Shown piece by piece: positions 26,729 through 36,494 of a stretch of 64,000 bases of DNA. The stretch is from Candidatus Staskawiczbacteria bacterium (GTDB lineage Bacteria; Patescibacteriota; Minisyncoccia; Minisyncoccales; Staskawiczbacteraceae), in the NCBI GenBank assembly GCA_041661545.1, contig JBAZUH010000001.1, forward strand, positions 403,877 through 467,876, given 5' to 3'. Made by a program: the position numbers and the translations under genes. The notes below the pieces were generated by a model. It did not search any database, was not told the origin of the DNA, and saw nothing but the letters and a program-made list of their open reading frames with translations. How positions within the stretch are numbered: the stretch's first letter is position 1; every line of letters begins with the position of its first letter.

Positions 26729-28726
26729 ATGGCAAAGTTTCCTAAGTTTTCTCAGTGGAAACAATTTTTTAAAGTGCTCAGGGGCAAAGAAAGAACATCT
26801 TTCTTAATTTTTGTTGTTTTAGCAATTATTTCTGGAGGATATCTTTTAACAAATTTATATTTAAATAATACAAAAATAGCTCCTGGATATGGCGGAGTAT
26901 ATACCGAGGGCATAGTAGGACAACCAAGATTTATAAATCCTATTTATGGAGAAACAAATGATGTTGACCGAACGTTGATAGATTTAATTTATTCTGGCTT
27001 AATGACCTATGACAAAGACGGAAAAATAATAAATGATTTAGTAAAAAATTATAAAATATCTGACAACGGAAAAACTTATACTTTTGAACTAAAAGAAAAT
27101 ATGTTTTGGCAAGATGGCGTGCCACTTACTGTTGACGATGTTATTTATACAATAGAAACAATTCAAAATTCAGATTATAAGAGTCCTTTACGAGCTAATT
27201 GGTTGAATGTGGCAGTAGAAAAAATATCTACTAAATCTTTTGCTTTATCTCTTGGCTCACCATATAATTCTTTCTTAGAAAATTGTACATTAAAGATAAT
27301 TCCCCAACACATTTGGGAAAAAATTTCTCCTGAGAATTTTGCTCTTTCGCCATATAATTTACAACCAATTGGCTCTGGACCATATGCCTTGTCTGATATA
27401 AAAGAAAATAATAGCAGTTTTATAAAAGAAATAACTTTATCTTCTAATCATAAATATTACGGCAGATTGCCATATATATCAGATATTAATTTTAAATTTT
27501 TTGAAAATAAAGAAGACTTAATAAGTGCTGCCAATCAAAAAATTATCGATGGCTTTTCTGTTTCTGATTTAGATGATAATCAGGCTTTAGCCGAAAAAGA
27601 AATAAGGCAAGGATGGAATACAAATGAAAAATTTAAAGTTTATTCTCTAGATATTCCTAGATACTTTGCAGTATTTTTTAATACTCAAGATTCTAAAATA
27701 TTAGATGATAATAATATTGCCCAAGGACTTATTCATTCAGTTAATAAGCAAGAACTAGCACAAAAAATTGAAGGAGAATATAAACAAAAAGTATCTATTG
27801 TAAATTCGCCAATCCTGCCAGAATATTTTGGTTATTTGCAACCAACAACGATTTATAATTATGATATAGATACCGCAAATAACCTTTTAGACAAGTCGGG
27901 GTACAAAAATGCTGGAAGTGGACCAAGAACACAAGCTAATACCAAAAAACCAGCTTTCCAATTTAAAAGTTATTTATCTACTAAGTCTTCAGGAAACGAA
28001 GTTATAGAGCTTCAAGGCTGTTTATCTAGATTAGATGAAAGCTTTAAAAATCTTATACAAGCAGATAGCAACGGCAAATATGGCACAGGCACAGAGGCTG
28101 CTGTTACTGCATTTCAACAAAAATATCTGCCAGGAGTGCCAACAACAGGAGAAGTTGGAACAGGAACAAGAAAACAACTTAATACTCTGTGTTTTGTTCA
28201 GCAAAGTAGCTCTTTAACGCTACAATTTACCCTTACAACAATTAATCAAGCACAAATGGTTTATACGGCCAATCTTTTAAAATATTATTGGGAAAAGGTT
28301 GGAGTAACTGTTCAGATAAAAGCAGTAGAACTTTCTGAGTTAAAAGATATTATCAAAAACAGAAACTATGAAGCTCTGTTATATGGAGAAGCTCTTAGAA
28401 ATTTACCCGACTTATATCCATTTTGGCATTCTACACAAATTAGTGATCCAGGATTAAATCTTTCTGGCTATCAAGATAAAAATGCTGATCAATTACTTAA
28501 AGACGCAAGAGAAACCATGGATGAAGATATAAAGGCCCAAAAATACGACACTCTACAAAATACCATCATTTCTAGTGCTCCTGCCCTATTTTTATATAAC
28601 CCTAATTATCTTTACTGGGTCTCGGAAAAAATAAAAGGAATTGATACAATTAAAATAGTTGATCCAGCTAAAAGATTTGAAAATATTTCAAATTGGTATA
28701 TAAAAACTAAAAGAGCTTGGAAATAG
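26729..28726 (+). CDS. ABC-transporter family-5 substrate-binding protein with an inserted peptidoglycan-binding-like module
   Basis: 665 aa with an N-terminal TM anchor. SBP_bac_5-like regions (FELKENMFWQDGVPLTVDDV...). Insert LQGCL...GKYGTGTEAAVTAFQQKY...TGEVGTGTRKQLNTLC. Confidence 0.8.
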   Translation: MAKFPKFSQWKQFFKVLRGKERTSFLIFVVLAIISGGYLLTNLYLNNTKIAPGYGGVYTEGIVGQPRFINPIYGETNDVDRTLIDLIYSGLMTYDKDGKIINDLVKNYKISDNGKTYTFELKENMFWQDGVPLTVDDVIYTIETIQNSDYKSPLRANWLNVAVEKISTKSFALSLGSPYNSFLENCTLKIIPQHIWEKISPENFALSPYNLQPIGSGPYALSDIKENNSSFIKEITLSSNHKYYGRLPYISDINFKFFENKEDLISAANQKIIDGFSVSDLDDNQALAEKEIRQGWNTNEKFKVYSLDIPRYFAVFFNTQDSKILDDNNIAQGLIHSVNKQELAQKIEGEYKQKVSIVNSPILPEYFGYLQPTTIYNYDIDTANNLLDKSGYKNAGSGPRTQANTKKPAFQFKSYLSTKSSGNEVIELQGCLSRLDESFKNLIQADSNGKYGTGTEAAVTAFQQKYLPGVPTTGEVGTGTRKQLNTLCFVQQSSSLTLQFTLTTINQAQMVYTANLLKYYWEKVGVTVQIKAVELSELKDIIKNRNYEALLYGEALRNLPDLYPFWHSTQISDPGLNLSGYQDKNADQLLKDARETMDEDIKAQKYDTLQNTIISSAPALFLYNPNYLYWVSEKIKGIDTIKIVDPAKRFENISNWYIKTKRAWK

Positions 28727-28731
28727 AATTT

Positions 28732-29730
28732 ATGCAAAAAAATATCATCGATAAATTAAATATGAGGGAGGTTATTATTAAATCTCCAGAGCAACTTATA
28801 AAAGGTTTAGAAATAGCAAAAAATATAAAAATAGAAGGAACATTTAAAAATGTTATTATTTGTGGAATTGGGGGCTCTGCTTTGCCAGCTAATATTTTAA
28901 GTTCGGTTGTAACTACAAAAGTTCCATTGTATGTTCACAGAGACTATAATTTGCCAGTAACAGCTAATGAAGACAGTTTAATTGTTTGCATTTCTTATTC
29001 GGGAAACACCGAAGAAACGGTCTCGGCTTTAGAAGAAGCTCTAAATAAAAATATTACTGCCGTAGCAATTGCAACTGGAGGTAAAATTGAAAAAATATGC
29101 GAGCAACATAACATAGCTTTAGCTAAAATTCCCGCAGGAATTCAACCAAGGTCAGCAACAGGATATTTATTTTCAACATTATCAACCATTTTAAATAATT
29201 GCGGGATAATTGACGATTTGTCAGAAGACATTTTAAATACAGCCAAAGAATTAGAAAAAAAGAATTTAGATTTAGAAAAAGAAGGAAAAACTCTTGCCAA
29301 GAAAATGGCTAAAAAAATTCCTATTGTTTATGCTTCAAATAATTTTAAAATAGCTGCCAGAATTTGGAAAATAAAATTTAACGAAAATTCTAAAATTCCG
29401 GCATTTCATAATTATTTTCCAGAACTTAATCATAATGAAATGGTTGGCTTCACAGATAAAAAAAATGTTGAGGCATTTTATGTTTTAATTATAAAAGACA
29501 AGCAAGATCACGCAAGAACACTTAAAAGAATGAACTTGATGTCTTTAATTTTAAAGAAAAAAGGCGTAAAAAATAGTTTCATAGAAACCGTAGAAGGCTC
29601 AATGATGTTAAGACTATTTGAAGTTTTACTTTTAGGAGACTGGACTTCTTATTATATTGCTATAAATAATAACGTTGACCCTACTCCAGTAGAAATGGTA
29701 GAAGAGTTTAAATTGATGCTTAACAAATAG
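28732..29730 (+). CDS. bifunctional phosphoglucose/phosphomannose isomerase (SIS domain)
   Basis: GIGGSALPA and SYSGNTEET SIS motifs. The ATG at 28732 is preferred over the TTG at 28717. Confidence 0.8.
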   Translation: MQKNIIDKLNMREVIIKSPEQLIKGLEIAKNIKIEGTFKNVIICGIGGSALPANILSSVVTTKVPLYVHRDYNLPVTANEDSLIVCISYSGNTEETVSALEEALNKNITAVAIATGGKIEKICEQHNIALAKIPAGIQPRSATGYLFSTLSTILNNCGIIDDLSEDILNTAKELEKKNLDLEKEGKTLAKKMAKKIPIVYASNNFKIAARIWKIKFNENSKIPAFHNYFPELNHNEMVGFTDKKNVEAFYVLIIKDKQDHARTLKRMNLMSLILKKKGVKNSFIETVEGSMMLRLFEVLLLGDWTSYYIAINNNVDPTPVEMVEEFKLMLNK

Positions 29731-29755
29731 TCCCCTCGCAGTTGTCGCGGTGGCG

Positions 29756-29775
29756 CCTGCCTGCCGGCAGGCAGG
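29756..29775. repeat. 20-bp perfect G+C palindrome cctgcctgccggcaggcagg
   Basis: Lies 15 bp upstream of tRNA-Leu. A near-identical palindrome lies in frame at 53504-53523. Confidence 0.85.
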
Positions 29776-29789
29776 GAACTGGTAAGCCT

Positions 29790-29871
29790 GTCCGGGTGGT
29801 GAAATTGGCAAACACGTACGCTTCAGAAGCGTATGCCGTAAGGCTTGCGGGTTCAAGTCCCGCCCTGGGCA
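29790..29871 (+). tRNA. tRNA-Leu (anticodon CAG)
   Basis: Hand-folded. Acceptor GTCCGGG/CCTGGGC (two G-T pairs), anticodon stem TACGC/GCGTA with loop TTCAGAA, 13-nt variable arm, T arm GCGGG-TTCAAGT-CCCGC, discriminator A. Confidence 0.9.
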
Positions 29872-29896
29872 CACTTTAAATTAAAATAAAAAACTT

Positions 29897-31666
29897 ATGA
29901 TAACACACAGACGTCCGGTCTCTACCGGAAGAACGCCAAGACCTGTTCAAAAGACTTGGCATGATACAAACCCTGCACCCAAGAAACCCTGGCATGGGGA
30001 TGACAGTTTAAAAATAATTCCTCTAGGAGGATGTGAAGAAGTTGGAAGAAACATGACTTGTTTTGAATATGGACAAGATATTGTTCTTTTAGATATGGGC
30101 TTACAATTTCCTGAAGAAGACATGCCAGGAATTGATTATGTAATTCCAAATGTAGAATATTTAAAAGGTAAAGAAAAAAATATTCGTGCAGTTATATTTT
30201 CTCACGGTCACTTAGACCACATAGGAGCTGCCGCCATATTATTGCCCAAATTAGGAAATCCACAAATAATTGGCCGACCTCTTACATTAGAAATGGTAAA
30301 ACATCGCGTTGAAGATTTGCAAAGAGGCGCTTCTAAAAAATTAAAAACTCTTTATATAGAAAGCTTAAACCAAAAAATAAGTTTAGGAGCTTTTACTTTA
30401 TCTTTTTTCCAAATTGAACACGCAATTATGGATGCTGTTGGTGTTATTTTAGAAACTCCAACAGGCACAATAATACATCCTGGTGACTGGACAATAGAAA
30501 AAAATCCTCAAGGCAGAGCTGAAGTTGACTATTCGCATTTATCTAAAATAAAAAGGCCAACTATTTTGATGTTAGAGTCTTTGGGAGCTACAAACTCTAA
30601 AGAACCAGTTACCGAAGAAGAAATGATAAAAAATCTTCAAGGTTTAATATTAAATGCACCTGGAAGAATTATTATTGCTACATTTTCTTCGCAAATTCAA
30701 AGAATAAGACAAATCTTAGAATATGCAACAAAAGTAAATAAAAAAGTAGCTCTTGATGGATTTTCAATGAAATTAAATATAGAGCTTGCAACAAAGCTTG
30801 GATATATTAAAATACCAAAAGGAGTAATAATCCCCATAGACAAAGCACACACTTACCCCGACAATAAAGTTGTTGTAGTTTGTACCGGCGGACAAGGTGA
30901 AGAAATGGCAGCTCTTTCAAGAATTGTTGCAGGCAACCACAGGTTTATAAAAATTAAAAAAGAAGATACTGTGGTGTTTTCTTCTTCTGTTATTCCAGGA
31001 AACGAACGCACAGTTCAAAGAGTAAAAGACAACCTTTATAGACAAAGTGACAATGTTTATCACTCAGACATTATTGATGTGCATATTTCTGGACACAGCA
31101 ACATAGAAGGAATAAAATATATGCTAAAAGAAATTAAGCCAGATTATTTTATTCCAGTTTATGCTAACCATTATTTCTTAAAAGAAGCATCTAAAATTGC
31201 CCAAGGAATGGGTTTTAGAAAAGACAGAATTTTTGTGCCAGACAACGGTTCTATTATAAAATTCTCTCAAAATAACGCCGAGATATTAAAAGAAAAAGTA
31301 CCGGTAAATTATGTTTTTGTTGACGGCTTGGGGGTTGGAGATGTTGGAGAAATTGTTTTGCGTGACAGACAAATGTTGGCAGAAGATGGAATGTTTGTTA
31401 TTGTAGCAGTAATAGACAAAAGAACCGGACAAGTTAGGGGATCACCAGATATTATTTCTCGAGGATTTATTTATTTGCGCGAATCTAAAGATTTACTTAG
31501 CCAAACACGTAAAAAAGTTATTGAAATTGTAGATAAATCAGCTGGTCATGGTGGGGCTATAAATTGGACTTATGTTAAAGACGAAATTCGTAATAAAGTT
31601 GGCGACTTTTTAGCCACCAAAACCTCCCGCCGCCCAATGATATTACCAGTAGTAATAGAAGTTTAA
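29897..31666 (+). CDS. rnj: ribonuclease J
   Basis: Metallo-beta-lactamase HGHLDH, beta-CASP architecture, 589 aa. Has a roughly 37-aa basic N-terminal extension. Confidence 0.92.
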   Translation: MITHRRPVSTGRTPRPVQKTWHDTNPAPKKPWHGDDSLKIIPLGGCEEVGRNMTCFEYGQDIVLLDMGLQFPEEDMPGIDYVIPNVEYLKGKEKNIRAVIFSHGHLDHIGAAAILLPKLGNPQIIGRPLTLEMVKHRVEDLQRGASKKLKTLYIESLNQKISLGAFTLSFFQIEHAIMDAVGVILETPTGTIIHPGDWTIEKNPQGRAEVDYSHLSKIKRPTILMLESLGATNSKEPVTEEEMIKNLQGLILNAPGRIIIATFSSQIQRIRQILEYATKVNKKVALDGFSMKLNIELATKLGYIKIPKGVIIPIDKAHTYPDNKVVVVCTGGQGEEMAALSRIVAGNHRFIKIKKEDTVVFSSSVIPGNERTVQRVKDNLYRQSDNVYHSDIIDVHISGHSNIEGIKYMLKEIKPDYFIPVYANHYFLKEASKIAQGMGFRKDRIFVPDNGSIIKFSQNNAEILKEKVPVNYVFVDGLGVGDVGEIVLRDRQMLAEDGMFVIVAVIDKRTGQVRGSPDIISRGFIYLRESKDLLSQTRKKVIEIVDKSAGHGGAINWTYVKDEIRNKVGDFLATKTSRRPMILPVVIEV

Positions 31667-31694
31667 TAAAATTAATATAGCAAAGTAATAAATA

Positions 31695-31776
31695 AGCGAG
31701 CCAAATAAATTTTTGAAGAAGGGGCAATCGCCTTGGGGACATTCCCCCGACGAGCAAAAATTTGATTTAGCGAGCG
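31695..31776. repeat. 83-bp interspersed palindromic repeat, copy B (8 nt upstream of the trpS ATG)
   Basis: agcgagccaaataaatttttgaagaaggggcaatcgccttggggacattcccccgacgagcaaaaatttgatttagcgagcg. Confidence 0.9.
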
Positions 31777-31783
31777 TCATAAT

Positions 31784-32761
31784 ATGAGAATATTTTCGGG
31801 AATAAGGCCAACCGGAGGCCTACATATAGGAAATTATTTAGGAGCCATAAAGCAATGGATTGACTTACAAGAAAAAAATGAATGTATTTTTTGTATTGTT
31901 GATTTACATGCAATTACAACTCCTTATGACCCAAAAGAACTTCAAAAAAATATCTTAGAAGCCACAGCAATTTATTTGGCAGCTGGCATAGACCCTGAAA
32001 AATCTATTATATTTGTGCAATCAGATGTAAAAGAACATGCAGAATTAGCTTGGCTTTTAGAAACTATAACCCCAATGGGCGAACTTTCTAGAATGACTCA
32101 ATTTAAAGAAAAATCTAAACAATATAAAGATTATATAAATGCAGGATTATTTAACTACCCAGTTTTAATGGCCGGTGATATTTTATTATATAGATCAAAG
32201 GCCGTACCTGTTGGCAAAGACCAAGAGCAACATGTTGAATTATCACGCACAATTGCCAGAAAGTTTAACCAAAAATTTGGGCAAATTTTTCCAGAGCCAG
32301 AAACCATTTTGCCTAAAACCGGAGCTAAGATAATGAGCTTAACAAATCCAAAGAAAAAAATGTCTAAGTCTGACGACCCTAAAAGCTGTATTTCACTTTT
32401 TGATACGCCAGAAGATATTACAAAAAAAATAATGTCTGCAGAAACTGATTCTGGCAAAGATGTTGTTTATAATGTTACCAAAAAACCTGGCATTTCTAAC
32501 CTTTTGACTATTTATAGCTTGCTAACAAATACGCCAATTCCTGAAATTGAAAAACAATTTAAAGGAAAAGGCTATGGAGATTTTAAAAAATCTTTAGCCA
32601 AAGTTATAGTTGAATATTTAGAACCATTTAGACGCAAACAAAAAGAGCTACAAACCCGCGACGTTTATGTAAAAGATATTTTAGACAAAGGCGCTGCTCG
32701 CGCCCGCACAATTGCCGAAACTACAATGGCCGAAGTCCGCTCCAAAATGGGATTAGTATAA
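31784..32761 (+). CDS. trpS: tryptophan--tRNA ligase
   Basis: Class I HIGH variant (GGLHIGNYLG) and KMSKS. Confidence 0.95.
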   Translation: MRIFSGIRPTGGLHIGNYLGAIKQWIDLQEKNECIFCIVDLHAITTPYDPKELQKNILEATAIYLAAGIDPEKSIIFVQSDVKEHAELAWLLETITPMGELSRMTQFKEKSKQYKDYINAGLFNYPVLMAGDILLYRSKAVPVGKDQEQHVELSRTIARKFNQKFGQIFPEPETILPKTGAKIMSLTNPKKKMSKSDDPKSCISLFDTPEDITKKIMSAETDSGKDVVYNVTKKPGISNLLTIYSLLTNTPIPEIEKQFKGKGYGDFKKSLAKVIVEYLEPFRRKQKELQTRDVYVKDILDKGAARARTIAETTMAEVRSKMGLV

Positions 32762-32775
32762 ATTAAAACAAATAA

Positions 32776-32806
32776 AAACAGCCCCGCTAAGGCGGGGCCA
32801 TTTTTT
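32776..32806. terminator. bidirectional terminator between trpS and the PMM/PGM gene
   Basis: gccccgc-taag-gcggggc with flanking A- and T-runs. Confidence 0.8.
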
Positions 32807-32811
32807 AATGT

Positions 32812-34239
32812 TTACTCGAAGGCTTCGGTGTTTACATTTATTTTAGGATTCCAATCTATCTCCGGATATTTTTTAAGTAAATTTTTTATATATTTTTTAA
32901 GATATTCATATTTTTCTTGCTCTTTTGCCTCAAATTTTATTGTTAAATATGGTCCATTTTGAGAATAGCGCACCACAAACATTCCATAATCTAAATTTAG
33001 TCTTAAACCATCACCCGCTCTTTGGTCGGTTATAATTTCTGCATCGGGAAAATCTTTTTGCAAAACAGGAATTAATTTATTTATTAAATCAACCTTTTTT
33101 TCATCTGTGCAAAATAATTTTATTTCTGGACTAGATATATATTTAGGAAGCGAGTTAACAGCTTCTGCTAAAGATTGCCCTGTTTTTCCTAAATACTCTA
33201 ACAAATACAAAGATGAATAAATACCATCATCGTGGTTATAAAAATCTTTTGAGAAAAAGAAATGCCCCGACAATTCACCAACAAAAGCTGCTTTAACTTC
33301 TTGATTTTTCTTTTTTAAAAATGAATGACCAGTTCTCCACATAAATGGCACTCCTCCCTCATTTTTTATAGTATCTTCAACAACCTTTGAACAAAGCGTA
33401 TTAAACATTATCTTGTCGCCCGGATGTTTTTTTAAAACTCCTTTAGCAAAAAGAGCAACTAAAACATCATTCCAAATTATTCCACCTTTTCCATCTACAA
33501 TGCCCATTCTGTCGCCATCAGCATCATAAGATAATCCCACATCGGCTGTTTCTTCTATAACTTCTTCACTTAAGCGCTTAGCAACTACCATTTCTGTTGG
33601 GTCTGGTGTGCCCAAAGGAAAAGTTGGGTCTATTTTACAATTCTTTTCAACCACCTCAAAACCTGCTTGTCTTAAAATTTGAGGCACAATTTCTCCTGCA
33701 GTAGAACAACTTGGATCAACTACAATCTTAAATTTATTTACAAATTCAAACCTTTTCAATATATCATCAAAATAATCTTGCCTTATGTTTTTTTCTTCAA
33801 CTGTGCCTTCATTTTCACCTTTTACATAGTTTTCTTCTTCGACAATTTTTCTAAGCTCCTGGATACCTTCAGAAACCATTGTTTCTGAAAAATCAATTGC
33901 TAACTTAAATCCATTATACTGTTTTGGATTATGAGAGGCAGTTACATAAACTCCTCCTTTAGAATTTAAAAAATATTGGCTCCAATAAAAAGTGCCCACC
34001 ATTTCCATGCCAATAAATACAACATCAATACCAGCCCAATTTAAGCCTTTTATTACAGCTTTGCTATATTCTAAGCTTGTTTGCCTGCAGTCATGGCCCA
34101 CAATCGCCTTTTTTATGCCCAATTTGCCTAAAATAGTTCCATGGGCTCTACCAATATGCTCTACTATCTCAGGATTAAGGTCTTCCCCTACTAAACCTCT
34201 AATATCGTAGCCTCTAAATATATAAGGATTAATTTTCAT
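32812..34239 (-). CDS. phosphomannomutase/phosphoglucomutase
   Basis: TASHNP phosphoserine loop and the DADGDRMG metal site. 475 aa. Confidence 0.9.
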   Translation of the reverse strand: MKINPYIFRGYDIRGLVGEDLNPEIVEHIGRAHGTILGKLGIKKAIVGHDCRQTSLEYSKAVIKGLNWAGIDVVFIGMEMVGTFYWSQYFLNSKGGVYVTASHNPKQYNGFKLAIDFSETMVSEGIQELRKIVEEENYVKGENEGTVEEKNIRQDYFDDILKRFEFVNKFKIVVDPSCSTAGEIVPQILRQAGFEVVEKNCKIDPTFPLGTPDPTEMVVAKRLSEEVIEETADVGLSYDADGDRMGIVDGKGGIIWNDVLVALFAKGVLKKHPGDKIMFNTLCSKVVEDTIKNEGGVPFMWRTGHSFLKKKNQEVKAAFVGELSGHFFFSKDFYNHDDGIYSSLYLLEYLGKTGQSLAEAVNSLPKYISSPEIKLFCTDEKKVDLINKLIPVLQKDFPDAEIITDQRAGDGLRLNLDYGMFVVRYSQNGPYLTIKFEAKEQEKYEYLKKYIKNLLKKYPEIDWNPKINVNTEAFE

Positions 34240-34424
34240 AGATTTAATTTAATTTATACTTATTATACATATAACCAACCCTAAAATCCAGCATTAATAT
34301 TTGCTTGACAAAAACGATAAAATAATTTAAATATTAAATACGAACAAAAATCGTTCTTTCACAACTTGGAGCTTAAAATATAAAATTCCTGTCTCGGGAG
34401 GCAGGGGGCTCAACGAGTGAAAGA

Positions 34425-34907
34425 ATGACCAATCACAACACCTCCATGAAAAACTTTACACCTAACGCACAGCAAGTTTTAGCATTCGCCCGTAGAGAGG
34501 CATCTGGGCTTAAGCACAGCTATGTCGGCACTGAGCATCTACTCCTGGGTTTTCTGAAATTGAGGGGGTGTAAGGCCGACAAGATTTTGAGAAAGAAAGG
34601 ACTCCTACTTGGCTCCCTCCGCAAGGAGGTGATACATCTTGTGGGCAAAGGCAAATCAGCCCGCCCTGGTCCTGCCCAATACACAAACAATGCAAAGACG
34701 GCGCTCGCCTATGCAAATCGTGAGGCCGTGAGACTTAAGGCTTCTTATGTGGACACAATGATTCTGCTCGACGGCCTTCTCCGATTAACAGATTGTGTCG
34801 CAATAAGAGCTCTTAGAAACTTTGACGTGTCAAATACCCGCCTTTACATGGAAATCCTGGAGGAGGACAACCTAGGCCAGCGCTCCGCAAAGCGAGACAC
34901 TCGCTGA
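34425..34907 (+). CDS. stand-alone Clp N-terminal (double Clp_N repeat) domain protein
   Basis: 160 aa. Two repeats (FTPNAQQVLAFARREASGLKHSYVGTEHLLLGFL and YTNNAKTALAYANREAVRLKASYVDTMILLDGLL). No AAA+ module. Strongly elevated G+C. Confidence 0.75.
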   Translation: MTNHNTSMKNFTPNAQQVLAFARREASGLKHSYVGTEHLLLGFLKLRGCKADKILRKKGLLLGSLRKEVIHLVGKGKSARPGPAQYTNNAKTALAYANREAVRLKASYVDTMILLDGLLRLTDCVAIRALRNFDVSNTRLYMEILEEDNLGQRSAKRDTR

Positions 34908-34919
34908 TCAATCTTTATG

Positions 34920-34963
34920 CCTCTGTTTGAAGTCACCAAACTTCTATGCAGAGGATTTTTTTT
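34920..34963 (+). terminator. rho-independent terminator
   Basis: cctctg...cagagg stem followed by attttttttg. Confidence 0.7.
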
Positions 34964-35125
34964 GCATACATTATCAAGTATATGACCAAATCAATGGAGG
35001 GTTGATTTTATAGACATATTCTGTTATAATGCGTTATAATTAAATTAATAGAATATGGTCTTCCACGTGCTTATTTATAAGCATCTTAGGGTCTGGTAGC
35101 CCTAGGATTCTATATTCACAAACAA

Positions 35126-35620
35126 ATGAAAACATACGAATTAGTATATATAGTTTCTCCAGAAATAACATCTGAAGAAGCAGAGTCTAAAGCAAAAGAA
35201 ATAGAATCTACCATACAAGAAAGAGAGGGTAAAATTTTAAAAAATTCAAACCCTATTGCTAAAACACTTTCTTACCAAATTGAGAAAAGAGCTTCTGGTT
35301 ATTTTGGAGTTATAGAATTTCAGTTAGAACCAGAAAAATTATTAGAAGTAAAAGACATTGTTGTAAAAGATAAAAAAATCGTACGACACATGCTTGTAAT
35401 AAAAGAGGCTGTTGAATTTAAAAAACAAAGAAGAACTCGTGAAAATACAAAAGAAAAAACATTAATAGAAGAAAAGCCATCTTTTACAATAGAAAGCAAG
35501 AAAATAGAAACTGATTCTCCTAAAACAGAACAAGAAGAAGCTCTTGCTAAAAACGAGAGCAAGCCAAAGGTCGAGTTAAAAGACATAGAACATGAATTAG
35601 ATGAACTACTCGGCGAGTAG
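35126..35620 (+). CDS. rpsF: 30S ribosomal protein S6 with a charged C-terminal extension
   Basis: Starts MKTYELVYIVSPE. Sits in the rpsF-ssb-rpsR arrangement. Confidence 0.85.
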   Translation: MKTYELVYIVSPEITSEEAESKAKEIESTIQEREGKILKNSNPIAKTLSYQIEKRASGYFGVIEFQLEPEKLLEVKDIVVKDKKIVRHMLVIKEAVEFKKQRRTRENTKEKTLIEEKPSFTIESKKIETDSPKTEQEEALAKNESKPKVELKDIEHELDELLGE

Positions 35621-35635
35621 CTTATCTGCAAATCT

Positions 35636-36157
35636 ATGAACCTAAATAAAGCATTTATTTTAGGAAATGTCACCCGCGAACCAGAGGTAAGAAATTTACC
35701 ATCTGGGCAACAAGTTACCAGCTTTAGCATAGCAACAAATAGATTTTACACTGCCAATGGAGAAAAAAAACAAGAAGCAGAATTTCATAATATTGTTTGC
35801 TTTGGCAAATTGGCCGATATTTCAGCAAGATATTTAAATAAGGGTGGATTGGTCTTAATTGAAGGAAGAATAAAAACAAGAAATTGGACCAACACAGCCG
35901 GAGTAAAACAATATAGAACCGAAATTATTGCTGATAGTTTGCAGTTAGGCCCAAAGGGTGCTGGCACCTCAACAGGGTCTAGTGGATATTCTCAAGGACA
36001 ATCGTCTTTCTCTGCAGAATCAAATAATTCTGCTAAACAAGAAGAAATTCCAGTAATTGAAGAAAATTATACTCCATCATCTAACGATGGCCCAGAAATT
36101 GTTTCTTTTGAGAATAACTCTTCCGACGAAATAGACGTTAAAGACATTCCTTTCTAA
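35636..36157 (+). CDS. ssb: single-stranded DNA-binding protein
   Basis: OB fold (LNKAFILGNVTREPEVR) and an acidic tail ending DIPF. Confidence 0.92.
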   Translation: MNLNKAFILGNVTREPEVRNLPSGQQVTSFSIATNRFYTANGEKKQEAEFHNIVCFGKLADISARYLNKGGLVLIEGRIKTRNWTNTAGVKQYRTEIIADSLQLGPKGAGTSTGSSGYSQGQSSFSAESNNSAKQEEIPVIEENYTPSSNDGPEIVSFENNSSDEIDVKDIPF

Positions 36158-36255
36158 CTTTAAACTCGAAATTAAAAAAAACAAACTAGCGGAACAAGAA
36201 ATATTTTCTGGCATATATTACTATAAAATATTTTCGCCCTCTGCTTAAAAATAAA

Positions 36256-36450
36256 ATGTGTTACTTTTGTCAAAAAAATATTGATAGCGTAGATTTTAAA
36301 AATATAGAATTACTATCAAAATTTATTTCCGGTTTTTATAAAATAAAACCAAGAAAAAAAACAAACCTTTGCATGTACCACCAAAAAAAGGTGGCCACAG
36401 CAGTAAAACGAGCAAGACAAATGGGACTTTTACCATTTACCCCTAAATAA
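36256..36450 (+). CDS. rpsR: 30S ribosomal protein S18
   Basis: 64 aa. Contains DFKNIELLSKFIS...KVATAVKRARQMGLLPF. Confidence 0.85.
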   Translation: MCYFCQKNIDSVDFKNIELLSKFISGFYKIKPRKKTNLCMYHQKKVATAVKRARQMGLLPFTPK

Positions 36451-36461
36451 GATTACCAAAC

Positions 36462-36489
36462 AAAAAAAACCGCCTTCCGGCGGTTTTTT
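36462..36489. terminator. bidirectional terminator between rpsR and recA
   Basis: aaaaaaaa-ccgcc-ttcc-ggcgg-tttttt. Confidence 0.8.
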
Positions 36490-36494
36490 GTTAT

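Noticed and set aside
31667-31783. Possible T-box riboswitch upstream of trpS.
   Set aside because: The leader is only about 117 nt and is largely occupied by the 83-bp repeat that also occurs at groESL. I could not find the conserved T-box sequence, a specifier-loop architecture or a terminator/antiterminator pair.
34966-35125. Possible S6:S18-binding rpsF leader motif (hairpins gcttat-tt-ataagc and ctaggg-tctggtag-ccctag).
   Set aside because: The hairpins are visible, but I cannot verify the conserved motif from memory. This needs an Rfam scan, so I have not reported it as a feature.
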